A program made the position numbers and the translations under genes. Source: Botryllus schlosseri (Eukaryota). From it: DNA of 64,000 bases. Shown in pieces: positions 13,161-24,755 of this stretch (positions within the stretch are counted from its first letter, which is position 1; every line of letters starts with the position of its first letter). The DNA is taken from the NCBI GenBank assembly GCA_051294905.1, contig CM119371.1, positions 24,616,001 through 24,680,000 on the forward strand, given 5' to 3'. A model generated the notes under the pieces. It saw only the letters and a program-made list of their open reading frames with translations. It did no database searches and was not told where the DNA came from.

Positions 13161-14544
13161 GCACAGACTCGTCAAAAATTAGAGGGAACAGTGCTTCACA
13201 TCTATAGCGTCAAAAATAAGAGGGGACATTGCTTCACATCTATAGCAATTCCTTAACAAATTCATGCCTAGTCATGTAATTTTTCTTTCTGAAACTTCTG
13301 GATCTTTATCCACTATGCTGGAATTCGGTGCGCGTGCAGTGAACAGAATATCAATACAATGCTGGTTGAAAAACACATATTGATCGAAGTTCCATGTAGT
13401 CGGCACTATTCTAGAAAGTAGCGGTTAAACATATTCATGACAATGCTCATGGGGGTTGAGCAAAAATGGATATTTAGGGGAACCCTGAAATCAATCACAG
13501 TTGCGTGCAAGTGGTGCAACATTGATTAGGCTCAACGAAATGAGCATGATACATATTTTCCATGTTCTGGTGACGCGTCGTGTGTTCACTTTTTGGCCAT
13601 AACCACAGCAAAGGCAAACTGTCAAAACATCAACGTGCCTAAGTTAAAAGACGTAACCAGTCGAGAAAACTATAATGATGAGTTGACGTAGCACGTAGGC
13701 TATCAATAAAGGACCTGTTGATCTGCCGCAACCTAAAATCTCATCTTGGGGCTTCTTCGATACAAGCACAATATTACCTGATGTTCCCCATGACCATTGA
13801 TCAGCATCATTAGCCGTAGCGGATTCTTATCGCTGACCTTTCTTTGCCAAAATGGGCGGGATTCGCAAGTCCAACGCTGGGCACACCTTTACGCCTTACC
13901 CCAATTAGCACTTCCCGTGTCTCGTAACCATAGTCATATCATATTCGTAACCAAATTGAATGGAGTCAGAGGACGAGGGTTACGGGGGTCATGGGGAACA
14001 TTACTTGATACCATATGGTGCGGTTATGGGAGAAGTCCTGAGGTGTCCAGTGCTCAGGGCTCTGGCTATTCATTTTAAATGAGATCCGCTAAGTTATGAA
14101 GACCCCTGCAGAATTTCACTGTAAATCCCATCACGTAACGGTATATCATATCAGATTGTCACGTTCATGACAAGATGGATCATGTTATGTGATAAAATAT
14201 TGCTCCAAACTGACTGCCTGACAGCACTAAACAATAATATCATCTGATTTGACAAGCTGTTCATCAGAAAAATGGCCTACCTCCTCTAAAAAACAGCACA
14301 ACAGTTACCAGCACAGGACACTTCAGCCTACCCCCTACCAGGCTTGGATATCTGTCTTAACAAAGACCAAGCTGGGGAGGAAATCCCCGTAAGTCACAGT
14401 TTTGAAATTGACTTAGGGCTGAGGGGTGTAGCTTAAGCCCGACGACGGGATTAAGTTGACTATTTGAAACCCACCCTAAGACTTTCATCAGCACAAGAGC
14501 AATTTGGAATATCTTTACTGGATGCATCCTATTCAACAGTTCTT

Positions 14545-14728
14545 TGTATGGTTATGGCTCATACCGTCACGCATAACTTGTGTTCATGCTGACAAAGGAC
14601 TTTTGTGTCAACTCACTGGAGTTGAAGGTAGTGACAAGTGCAAGTTTCGGTTTAGTCTTTCCTTGCTTTATTTACAGCTTAATCATTTATTTGAGTATAA
14701 AACTCACTAATAAATGCATAATTGTACA
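14545..14728 (+). repeat. 5' LTR
   Basis: TGTATGGTTATGG...ATAATTGTACA, identical by eye to 19498-19681. Contains TATAAAA and AATAAA. Confidence 0.95.
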
Positions 14729-14759
14729 TGATTAAACTTCATACACCTGGATAACGGAT

Positions 14760-17700
14760 ATGCCTGTCGGTCAGTGCCCTCTTCCGAATTGCGGATTCCA
14801 GACTGCTGATACTGAAGCTGCCATCGCTGCTGCAGAGTTGAACATTCATGCTATGGTACACCAGACTGCCACACAACATAATGACAGTGTCGCACGTCAA
14901 AAACTTCCCAGCATGGAACGCCCTGTAGTCTCTCGAGATACGACTGCTGAGGATTGGCATGTATTCCTTCGCAAATGGGAATTATTTAAGGGGGGCACTA
15001 ATATGCCGGCAGATCAAATCATTAATCAGCTCTGGCAATGCTGCGAATCTGCGTTACAAACAGACCTTTTCAAACAAGTTGATGATGTGTCTCAGATAAG
15101 TGAGGACGAACTTCTGGCTACCATCAAGGCCTTGGCTGTTATGAATATAGCAGCAAGTGTTCGCAAGGCCAATCTATTCTGTTGTCGCCAGGATTGTGAT
15201 CAACCTATTCGGTCGTTTGCTGCTCAGGTCCACGGAATAGCTCGTACCTGCACATTTGCTATGAAGTGCACGCGACAAGACTGTGATCAGATAGTCAACT
15301 ATTCTGATGACATAGTCAAACATGTTGTGATATCAGGCATAGCAGATGAAGATATTCGGCGAGATATCCTCAGTTTACCTGACCTGGACGACAGGACTCT
15401 GCCAGAGACTATTAAAGTGATTGAAACCAAAGAAATGGCATCTCGTGCTATCTCTGTTAGTAGCCAGAGTTTCGGATCATTCGATAACACCGGAACTGTC
15501 GCGTCTAATGTGCCAAAAGCCCAAGATGCACCTCCATCGGCCAACCTTGATGTTATGATACCATGCCGTTCTTGTGGCAAGAAAATTAAAAAATTCAAGT
15601 ACATTAAGGGACGATTCGGGAAGAAATTCTTGAAAGAATTCGTGCAATGCTCAGAATGCTGGAAAACAGAGAGAAAAGTATCATCTGCATCTAGCCCGTC
15701 TGGACATATGGCATCTCTTTCAACACTTGACCGCCATAATGACCATGCATCGACAACGCGTAATGCTACTCCGCGTGGACATCAGTCGTCGTTCAAGCAC
15801 TACATCTTCGACGGAACAAAGGGGTGGTTAGCAAAGGAATCGAAACCGCAACCGACTGTGGAATTGCAGGTATGGACTGATACTCGTGATTATGATCAAT
15901 TCAATATCCCATGTCCACAAATGTCGTCTACGGCAGTAAAAGGTGTTGCTGACAGTGGTGCCCAATCGTCTTTGATGGGCCTAACAATGTTCTTAGCATG
16001 TGGGCTTACTAAGAACTGTCTATTACCCGTAACTAAACGTATGCTTGCTGCTAACGAAGAGGGCATAAATATTCTGGGTGCAGTATTCCTTCGAATGTCT
16101 GGTAAAATGCGCAACGGAGATCGCATAGCAACAGCCGAGATGGTTTATGTAACAGACTCGACTGATCTGTTCTACATGAGCAGAGGTGCGATGGAGCAAT
16201 TGCATATTATTGGGCCGGATTTCCCTACAGTTGGCGCTGCCGCAATTACTGCTCCGGTCTCTACGAAGGAATATTCAAACACCAATAGTAATCAACGCTC
16301 GTGTGAATGCCTTAAACGGTCGCTGCCTCCTAGTTCGCCCACTGAGCTCCCATTCACGCCATATGTGGAAAATAACGAAAAGATGAAACAATGGCTTCTA
16401 CTACGATTTAGTTCGTCAACATTCAACAAGTGCAAACATCAAACGTTGCCTTCCATCTCTGGAACACCCATATCCATTCATGTTGATCCAGATGCAAAGC
16501 CAGCAGCTGTCCACACACCTTCTCAAGTGCCTATTCACTGGCGTGATGCAGTTAAGAAACAATTGGATGATGATGTGCGTCTTGGTGTCATTGAAAAAGT
16601 TGAACCCAACACGCCGACAAAGTGGTGTCATCGAGCAATATGGGTTCGTAAAAGCGATGGAAGTCCTCGCAGGGTAATCGACTTCCAATCCCTCAATCGC
16701 CATTGCTCCCGGGACACGCACCACATCGTTCCACCATTTCATGAGGCCCGTTCCATCCCACCCGATACTTTCAGATCGGTTACTGACGCCTGGAATGGCT
16801 ACCATTCAGTACCCGTCAGAGAAGATGATCGCCACTTACTCACGTTCATCACTGAATTTGGCAGATACAGATATCGAGTGGCCCCACAAGGTTTCATAGC
16901 AAGCGGGGATGGATACACTCATCGGTATGATCGGATAATCGCTGATGTGCCTAGAAAGACAAAGTGCGTCGACGACACAGTGTTATGGGATGACAGTCTG
17001 TCTGAACATTGGTGGAGAATGATTCATCATCTCGAACTGATGGGACGAAATGGCATCATTCTTAATTCTTCGAAATTTCAGTTTGCATGTAAGCATATTG
17101 AGTTTGCAGGATTCGAGATTACGGCAGACGACGTACGTCCACTTCCAAAATATTTGGAATCCATCGCCTGTTTCCCAAGGCCACAGAAGCTGTCAGACAT
17201 ACGGTCGTGGTTTGGACTTGTGAACCAAGTCTCCCATTATGGCAAACTTACCGACATGATGGCACCATTCAGGAGCTTACTTAGCCCGAAATCTTCTTTC
17301 ACGTGGACCAATGAACTCGATGAGGCGTTTGCAGAGTCAAAAGCTGAGATTATTCGAGCAATCCAGAATGGGGTGCGCATTTTTGACCCGAAGCGAAAAA
17401 CTTGCTTGAATCCCGACTGGTCGAAATCGGGCATTGGGTACTGGCTGCGTCAAAAATACTGCGAGTGCGAATCTACGACGCCTGATTGCTGTCCCAATGG
17501 CTGGAAAATCACTCTGGCAGGTTCCCGATTCTTACGTGATTCTGAAAGACGATACGCTCCGATTGAAGGCGAAGACCTTGCTGTGGCATGGTCCCTGGAG
17601 GATACCAAGTTCTTTACCCTTGGCTGTGATGACCTTGTTATCGCTACCGATCACAAACTGCTGATCAAAATCTTCGGGGACAAATCGTTGGACGATATTA

Positions 17701-19427
17701 CAAACACTAGAATATTCCGCCTGAAGCAGCGTACAATGTCCTGGCGCTTTCGTATTTTTCATGTTCCAGGTTAATCCATACCGGCATCGGATGCGTTCTC
17801 GAGGCACCCCGCATCACTGGACACGACTCACTGGTCCTCCCTGGACCCAGTCGATTGTGTGGCGGCAGGTCACGATGAAAACAACCAACTAGAGACGTCT
17901 ATTATTGCAGCTACAAGGGCATCCCTGAACGCCATTAAAGTCATTTCATGGGAGGATGTGCGAACAGCTACCCTATGCGATGATACTCTCAGTAAGCTAA
18001 AGGAATACATCGTCTCAGGATTCTCACGTGGATCGGATCAGTTGCCGTTTAAGGTCCAAGCATATTGGCGCTATCGTGGTAAGCTTTCTATTGTTGATGA
18101 TGTTGTCATGTATGATGATCGAGTTGTTATACCTTCAATTCTGAGGAAAACAATATGTGACACCCTTCATTCTGCTCACCAAGGTATCAATACCATGTCA
18201 CAGAGAGCTCAAGCTACTGTTTTCTGGCCCGGTATGTCGGCTTGCATTGCAAGAACGCGGGCACAATGTGATGCGTGTAGCAGGTCCGCACCGAGCCAGC
18301 CGCATTTGCCCCCTTGTGATCCTTACGTACCAACATACCCCTTTCAGGCTATTGCCGCAGATTACTGCACTGTTGCAGGTCACCAGTATCTCGTAGCCAT
18401 CGATCGTTTCAGCAATTGGCCTGAAATCTTTCATATCAAGCCTGGCACTCAAACGTCTGGTGCACTTGGACTGCAAGATGCTTTACGGAACTACTTCATG
18501 ACATTCGGCGTTGTAGAGGAACTGAGCAGCGATGGCGGACCTGAATTCACCGCTCATAGTACGCAAGATTTCCTGCGTCGATGGGGTGTTCGGCACAGAC
18601 TGTCTTCAGCATACAATGCTCGGTCGAATGGCCGGGCTGAAATTGCGGTCAAGTCAATTAAACGACTTATCACTGGAAATATATCACAGGATGGTGAGCT
18701 CCGAACCGACTCATTTGTACGAGCCGTGTTACAGTTCAGAAACTGTCCTGATCCAGACAATGGCCTGTCTCCAGCTCAAATCGTTTTTGGAAGACCTTTG
18801 AAAGACGCTCTGCCATTCAAGAAAGTTGGTTCAGTCTTCAACGGACATATCGTAAGGCCGATGTGGACAAAGCTATGGCAAACAAGAGAACGTACATTAC
18901 GTACCAGGTTCGCTAAGCAGCTCGAATCTTTGCGACCACGCACTCATAATCTGGCACCCCTTGAAGTGGGGGACATATGTCGTGTACAAAATCAACATGG
19001 ACGTTTCCCTCTTCGATGGGACAAGACTGGTATGATTGTTCAGTGTAACGGCAATGACCAGTATCTTGTTAAGATTGATGGGTCCGGGAGATTGTCTTTG
19101 CGAAACAGAAAGTACCTTCGTAAAGTACAGCCATTCTGTCGATATACGGAAAAGCAGCATGGTACGGAAACTTTATCACCCGTGCCGACAACTGAGTCAC
19201 CGCATGTTGATGGTGCGAATCCCGAGCAGAGGATTCTTAATGACACACACGAGGAAAAACATTGCAACAACCAGCCTGTGGATGATGTTGACAATGCGTA
19301 CATGGATGATGACTCTCCTGGTACTTCACCATCAACCAGTGCTGATGGTGGCCGCAAGTCAAACCGTGTCAAAAATCCTCCACTTTGGCACAAAGACTAT
19401 GTCCTTGGCGCGTTGTATTCATATTGA
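14760..19427 (+). pseudogene. gag-pol polyprotein interrupted by one in-frame TAA at 17772-17774
   Basis: ORFs 14760-17774 and 17859-19427 share a frame. Protease ADSGAQ; RT DAWNGYH...PQG...CVDD; RNase H PDWS...RYAPIEGE...TDHK...HVPG*SIPASDAFSR; integrase LHSAH..CDAC, AADY, SDGGPEF, SNGRAE. Confidence 0.95.
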
Positions 19428-19482
19428 TGCATGTTTATTGTTGCGCCTTTTTCTTTTCAACTCCTCAAATTGTGCCTTTATC

Positions 19483-19497
19483 GGAGTTGTGGGGGGA
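19483..19497 (+). promoter_or_regulatory. Polypurine tract (plus-strand primer)
   Basis: GGAGTTGTGGGGGGA immediately upstream of the 3' LTR. Confidence 0.75.
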
Positions 19498-19681
19498 TGT
19501 ATGGTTATGGCTCATACCGTCACGCATAACTTGTGTTCATGCTGACAAAGGACTTTTGTGTCAACTCACTGGAGTTGAAGGTAGTGACAAGTGCAAGTTT
19601 CGGTTTAGTCTTTCCTTGCTTTATTTACAGCTTAATCATTTATTTGAGTATAAAACTCACTAATAAATGCATAATTGTACA
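19498..19681 (+). repeat. 3' LTR
   Basis: Identical by eye to 14545-14728. The ORF track gives the same peptide from both copies. Confidence 0.95.
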
Positions 19682-21675
19682 GTATTGGTTATTACCAAAC
19701 TCATAACATTAATAAAATCGAATTATGCGCTACACTGAAATCTACAAAAATATGTTCGTATTGTTGTTCATAGTAGTCATCATACATTATCCTTTTAATC
19801 TTCTAAAGTAATTTTATTCATGAAAACCAAACTACCGAAAGTCATTACCATCACAAAAACAATTTGTATGATATTCGTTAAGCGCATCCTAACTCAGTAT
19901 GCAGAAAATATTTGTAGAGTGCATAACGGCAAATAAATCAGGAACACAGCCAACAACGAAAATTATAAATCCGTTTCGTGTTACTATTGATACAAGTTCA
20001 TTTCTATCGGGCGAAATGAATGCCATCACAAAACTCAGAGCATGCAAAGGTCTTGATTGAAATGAATTTCGATTAGGGTCTTATGATACCAGCAAACATT
20101 TTAGAAATATTACGATTTGTCCGATTAATAGTTGATTGGAAACTTGTTCACGTACCTCAACCATTACATAAGAGTATAACACCACTACAATATCACACAC
20201 AGTACAAATGATGCTTATGTGTTATATGCTATTGATTTGAATCACACCAACCCGGAAGAGGATTTACTCACTCTTTACATAATTGATGTTAACCAACATC
20301 AAGTCATCGGTGTGCACTGTGCATCGTGTTTTCTAGATACGAATTATGTTGGTGTAGCAGAAAACAATTTAGTGTAATAGAAAACAATTTTCCCTCGGTC
20401 CGATTATGAAACTCTGTGTGAATTTTCAGTTAATAGATCGTTTTGCCAGAACATAATACATTTCGAAACCCATCCTACTGGAATGGCCGAGCTTGCCATA
20501 TCAAACTTTCATCTGTAAATCAAGAGTACGAACAGTCTTATCTGTTGCTATATATTTACCAATTCGAGTTGTAATCGAAATTCGATATCGTAAACATTTA
20601 CCGATTGGGGAACGTGGCGATTAATACACATCCATTACCGAAAAATCGTGTCGATTTCTACCATTACGATAATCGAAACACATTGAATCGAATTAGTCAC
20701 AAACTCTTTTCGTACGCTACATATCGCTGATACCGATGTTGGTACTATATTGAGGAATATTATGTTAGCCATCTTCGATTTTCAACCTAATAAAACTAGT
20801 TACTTTGTAGGGAAACGAATGAATATCCCTACAAACAAACACCAAGGTAAGGAAGATGTTTACACAACACCAAACATTCGACTTCATTCGATACTTTCAT
20901 ACTACGAAACTGTAGAATGATGGTGTAGACTTTCAAACTAAAGAGTGTTTGGGTATAGTCTACAATCCGATTTGATATCACAAGAGTAGTTTTACGCGAA
21001 TGGTGACGTAACCAGATATTCAAATAATCCAACACAGAACTATAGTACTTACATAAATACCAAAGTTCTTGTAATAAAGTTGTATGTGCACAATGTTTAT
21101 CATAAGTCCTACATATTAATATCCGTCCGAGTTTGGCTTTCAGAAAACATATAACAGGCGTCGCGAAATCTTTCAAAAACAAAAACACGGTCACCTATCA
21201 ATGTCATCACAGTAATCGAGTTACTTCCACAAAAGAGAGATGTGATTTCTAGTCACGACTCTCAAATCTTAAAAACAAAACAATTTACTTTGTAAACGAA
21301 AAGTGCTGAGTCATCATATGGTTGTCCTCTAAACAAAGAGTAGATGAAGCCGTATCAAAATGTTCCAAACCCTTTGCACGCCGGTGAAAAATTATACAAT
21401 GGATATGTTTTGTGAATCGAATTGTTGTTCAGCGTCAGGTATCCACATTGCTACATACATTAAAATAGTGCAATTCAATTAAAACCACGAATCTATTTTC
21501 ATTTTGTCACACACTGTCGCGACAAATCAACTCAACACACAACAACCTTCTTGCAGTCGTAATAACATTTTCATTCTCTCCTCTTCGTAATAGTATACTC
21601 ACGACAAGTATATCGTGCAACACGACAACAACGTTTTACAAGACCAATGTCACTGGTAACACTGAACACACGCCG

Positions 21676-21900
21676 CTTACCCTAGTAACAATATCGTGAG
21701 CAACAATACATTTTCACGTGGCGGTCCGCCGTTTACCTGAGTAAAAATATCATTTTCCTTTGGAGATCTGGCGTTTACCCAGAGTAACAATACATTTTCC
21801 CTTGGAAATCTGTCATTTACCTGAGTAACAACACCATTTTCGCTTGGAGATGCGGTGTTTACCTGATAAAAATACCATTTTCGTTTTGAAATCTGACAAC
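21676..21900. repeat. ~41-42 bp degenerate tandem array in the left arm (about 5 units)
   Basis: Unit resembles TTTACCTGAGTAACAATACATTTTCCCTTGGAAATCTGTCA. The minus strand translates as 14-aa repeats QVNTASPSENGVVT / QVNDRFPRENVLLL / WVNARSPKENDIFT. Confidence 0.75.
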
Positions 21901-24459
21901 CACACCCAGCAATTTGGTAATTGTTGTATTGATGACCGTTGGAGATTACTTGCAACGGACAGTGACAAATTATACACCAACAACGACTCCGATACATTTC
22001 TGTAATAACATATTCACTTGGTCTGGGGCATCCCATCAAAATCAGCGGCTACCCACATGCAATAACAGTGTCCTGATGTACATCGACATGTATGTTTTCG
22101 GAATTGGTGAATAAAGTGGTTTTCGATATGTCTGTGATATCTGGGCTCGTGCTTTGGATTTTACAGAGTCAAAATGTCTGAATAAAACACCCCCTCGACT
22201 TGGGCACCTGGTTGGTTCGTGGATAACGGTGTTCGGAAAATGGCTGAATTTATGTTCCCCATCGCGCTAACATTTCCGGGTTGAGTTTTCTCACGCATGT
22301 TTACTATATTATGTCTTTATTGGTCAATGTATGTCGCTTCATTCAGTGTGAAATCGGAAATCCTGAGAAAGTATGTAACCGGATCTGGATATTCATTCAT
22401 GACCCAACGACCAATATTCAAGTAAACATGTTACACCCTGTGTTTCCACGAAAAAATACCAATGCACCATCCACATATACGTCGCGATTGTTTGCCCACA
22501 CAAGTAGTCGCGTAAATGGGGGGTCTATCACATTGCATGCATTGTGTTGGTATAGAAACATCGGGGAATAAGCTTTCGATGCGCAGACATTATCATAGCC
22601 GGTAATTTTGATGCAGATCGAATGTCATCAAGCACACCCGACAACAGTGTCATACCAATAAGACACATTACAATGACTCTGAGTATACGCTATTACATCG
22701 ATATTTCGACACCGTTCACTGATTTATTCGACGGTTTTATCGCGTTGTAACATCACAGGATAGTCATGACCCTATCTCCGGATAGACCACCCAGACAGTG
22801 TGTAGTAAATTGGATACATCGGTCAATATCTATCGTGTTGTCGACACCCTGCACAGTTCTCTGCTGAGACTACAGCGTTTGACAAAAGTGAACTATCGAA
22901 GTACGGGTGCTCGAAATGATTGCGAAAACGATGAGTCTTTCACTACGTCACGATGAATGGATGTCGCAACTCCAACATAACGACTCCAGATAAATATCGC
23001 GAAAAATGATTCTGCAAATCTCGGACTGATACTGTGATCCAATAAGGTGTGTTTCTGTGGAATGAAGACTGCAATCGTACACCACAATAGAACACAACCT
23101 CGTGTTTTCATATGCAATCATAAAACGCATCTTCGTATGGGTTTGTCCAGTTCGTCCGGTGACATTTCGAAACGAAAATCGCCACAAGAGATCGCGGTTG
23201 CTCTCAGTTTGTCATATTGGTAGCATTTTGAAACGGTCATCACCACAAGGTTATTGATCGAAGTCGGTTTCAGTGGGTCTTGTCAATCCGTTTCACAATC
23301 CACCGTTTTTCAATTCCCTTCACCATAGTGTTACGACACAGAAAAGATGCGACGGTGGCACACGGAATGCACACTTTGGTGTTATTTGACATGGATTTTA
23401 TACCCGATGAACCTTACATTCGAGCGATCCTTTGGAATGACGCTTGTATTATTGACGTCGAAGGGAAAGAAATGTATCGATTTATCGGTTTCGTACATAT
23501 CCAACAAAAAACTAGGTTTATGATTGTGCACGGTTCACATATTTGACTGTGAACGCTCTATTGGTATATGCTGTACAGTTCGCTTTCCCCATCGATGGTA
23601 GTCGTGTGAATAACCATGTTACGGTTCTATGTTTGTGTGTCTGTATGTCCGTTACATGCTTCTTATTGAATTTACTCAATCGAGAGATGCAATGTGTCTT
23701 ATTGGTATGACATTGTTATCGGATGTGCTTGATGACATTCGATCTGCATCAAAATTTCTGGCTATGATAATGTCTGCGGATCAAAAACTTATTCCCCGAT
23801 GTTTCTATACCGATACAATGCATGCAATGTCATACACCCCCCATTTACGCGACTACTTGTGTGGGCAAACAATCGCGACGTATGTGTGGATGGTGCATTG
23901 GTATTTTTTCGTGGAAACACAGGGTGTAACATGTTTACTTGAATATTCGTCGTTGGGTCATGAATGAATATGCGGATCCGGTTACATACTTTATCAGGAT
24001 TTCAGATTTCAAACTGAATGTAGTGACATACATTGACCCATAAAGACACAATATGGTAAACCTGCGTGAAAAAACTCAACCCGGAATTGTTAGCGCGATG
24101 GGGAACATAAACTCAGCCATTTCTTGAACGCCGTTATCCACGAATCAACCAGGTGCCAAAGTCGAGGGGATGTTTTATTCAGACATTTTGACTCTGAAAA
24201 ATCCAAAGCACGAGCCCAGACATCACAGACATATCGAAAACCACTTTTTTCACCAATTCCGAAAACATACATGTCGATGTACAACAGCAGATTGTTATTG
24301 CATGTGGGTAGCCGATGAATTTGATGAGATGCGCCAGAACAAGTGAATATGTGATTACACAAATGTATCGGAGTCGTTGTTGGCGTATACTTTGTCACTG
24401 TCCGTTGCAATCAATCTCCAACTGTCATCAATACTACAATTACCAAATTGCTGGGTGTG

Positions 24460-24755
24460 GTTGTCAGATTTCAAAACGAAAATGGTATTTTTATCAGGCA
24501 AACACCGCATCTCCAAGTGAAAATGGTGTTGTTACACAGGTAAATGACAGATTTCCAAAGGAAAATGTATTGTTACCCAGGTAAACGCCAGATCTCCAAA
24601 GGAAAATGATATTTTTACTCAGTTAAACGGCGGACCGCCACGTGAATATATATTGTTGCTCGGGGAAAAGATAAATTTCCTAGTGAAAACGGTATTGTTA
24701 CTCTAGGAAAAAAATGTATTTCAAAACGAAAACGGTATTGTTACTAGGGTAATCG
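24460..24755. repeat. Mirror copy of the 42-bp array in the right arm, about 2 units longer
   Basis: Reverse complement of 21676-21900 plus ~80 extra bp at ~24661-24740 containing GAAAACGGTATTGTTACT twice. Confidence 0.75.

Larger units (their letters stand above)
10165..14476. mobile_element. PIF/Harbinger DNA transposon, decayed
   Basis: TIRs GGGTGGGTTTCAAAAAGTTGTCTTAAT / ATTAAGTTGACTATTTGAAACCCACCC. 3-bp TSD TAA at 10162-10164 and 14477-14479. The empty site is visible in the mirror arm near 26812. Nuclease remnant inside. Confidence 0.9.
14545..19681 (+). mobile_element. Full-length Ty3/Gypsy LTR retrotransposon (Mag-like architecture)
   Basis: Two 184-bp TG..CA direct repeats, a purine-rich tract before the 3' LTR, and a single gag-pol frame in PR-RT-RH-IN order. 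Confidence 0.97.
8660..22669 (+). repeat. Left arm of giant inverted repeat (native segments 8660-10164, 14480-14544, 19687-22669)
   Basis: Collinear reverse-complement match to 23691-30315 once the Harbinger and Gypsy insertions are removed. A hand-counted sample (20821-20940 vs mirror) gave 9 mismatches in 120 bp. Confidence 0.93.

Noticed and set aside
14100..14300. MADF/Myb partner gene of the Harbinger on the minus strand
   Set aside because: The position is appropriate but the sequence is too degraded (multiple stops and frameshifts) to support a call.
17772..17774. Programmed stop-codon readthrough between the two pol ORFs
   Set aside because: The TAA falls inside the conserved RNase H end motif (HxPGK..ADALSR), one base from AAA (Lys), and not at a gag/pol boundary. 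A nonsense mutation is simpler.
15299..19545. Antisense and alternative-frame ORFs in the Gypsy element, including an env-like ORF at 19036-19545
   Set aside because: They are shadows of gag-pol. There is no room or signature for an env gene between pol and the PPT.
21676..24755. CRISPR-like array
   Set aside because: The units are degenerate along their whole length with no constant repeat plus unique spacer pattern, there are no cas genes, and the context is eukaryotic.
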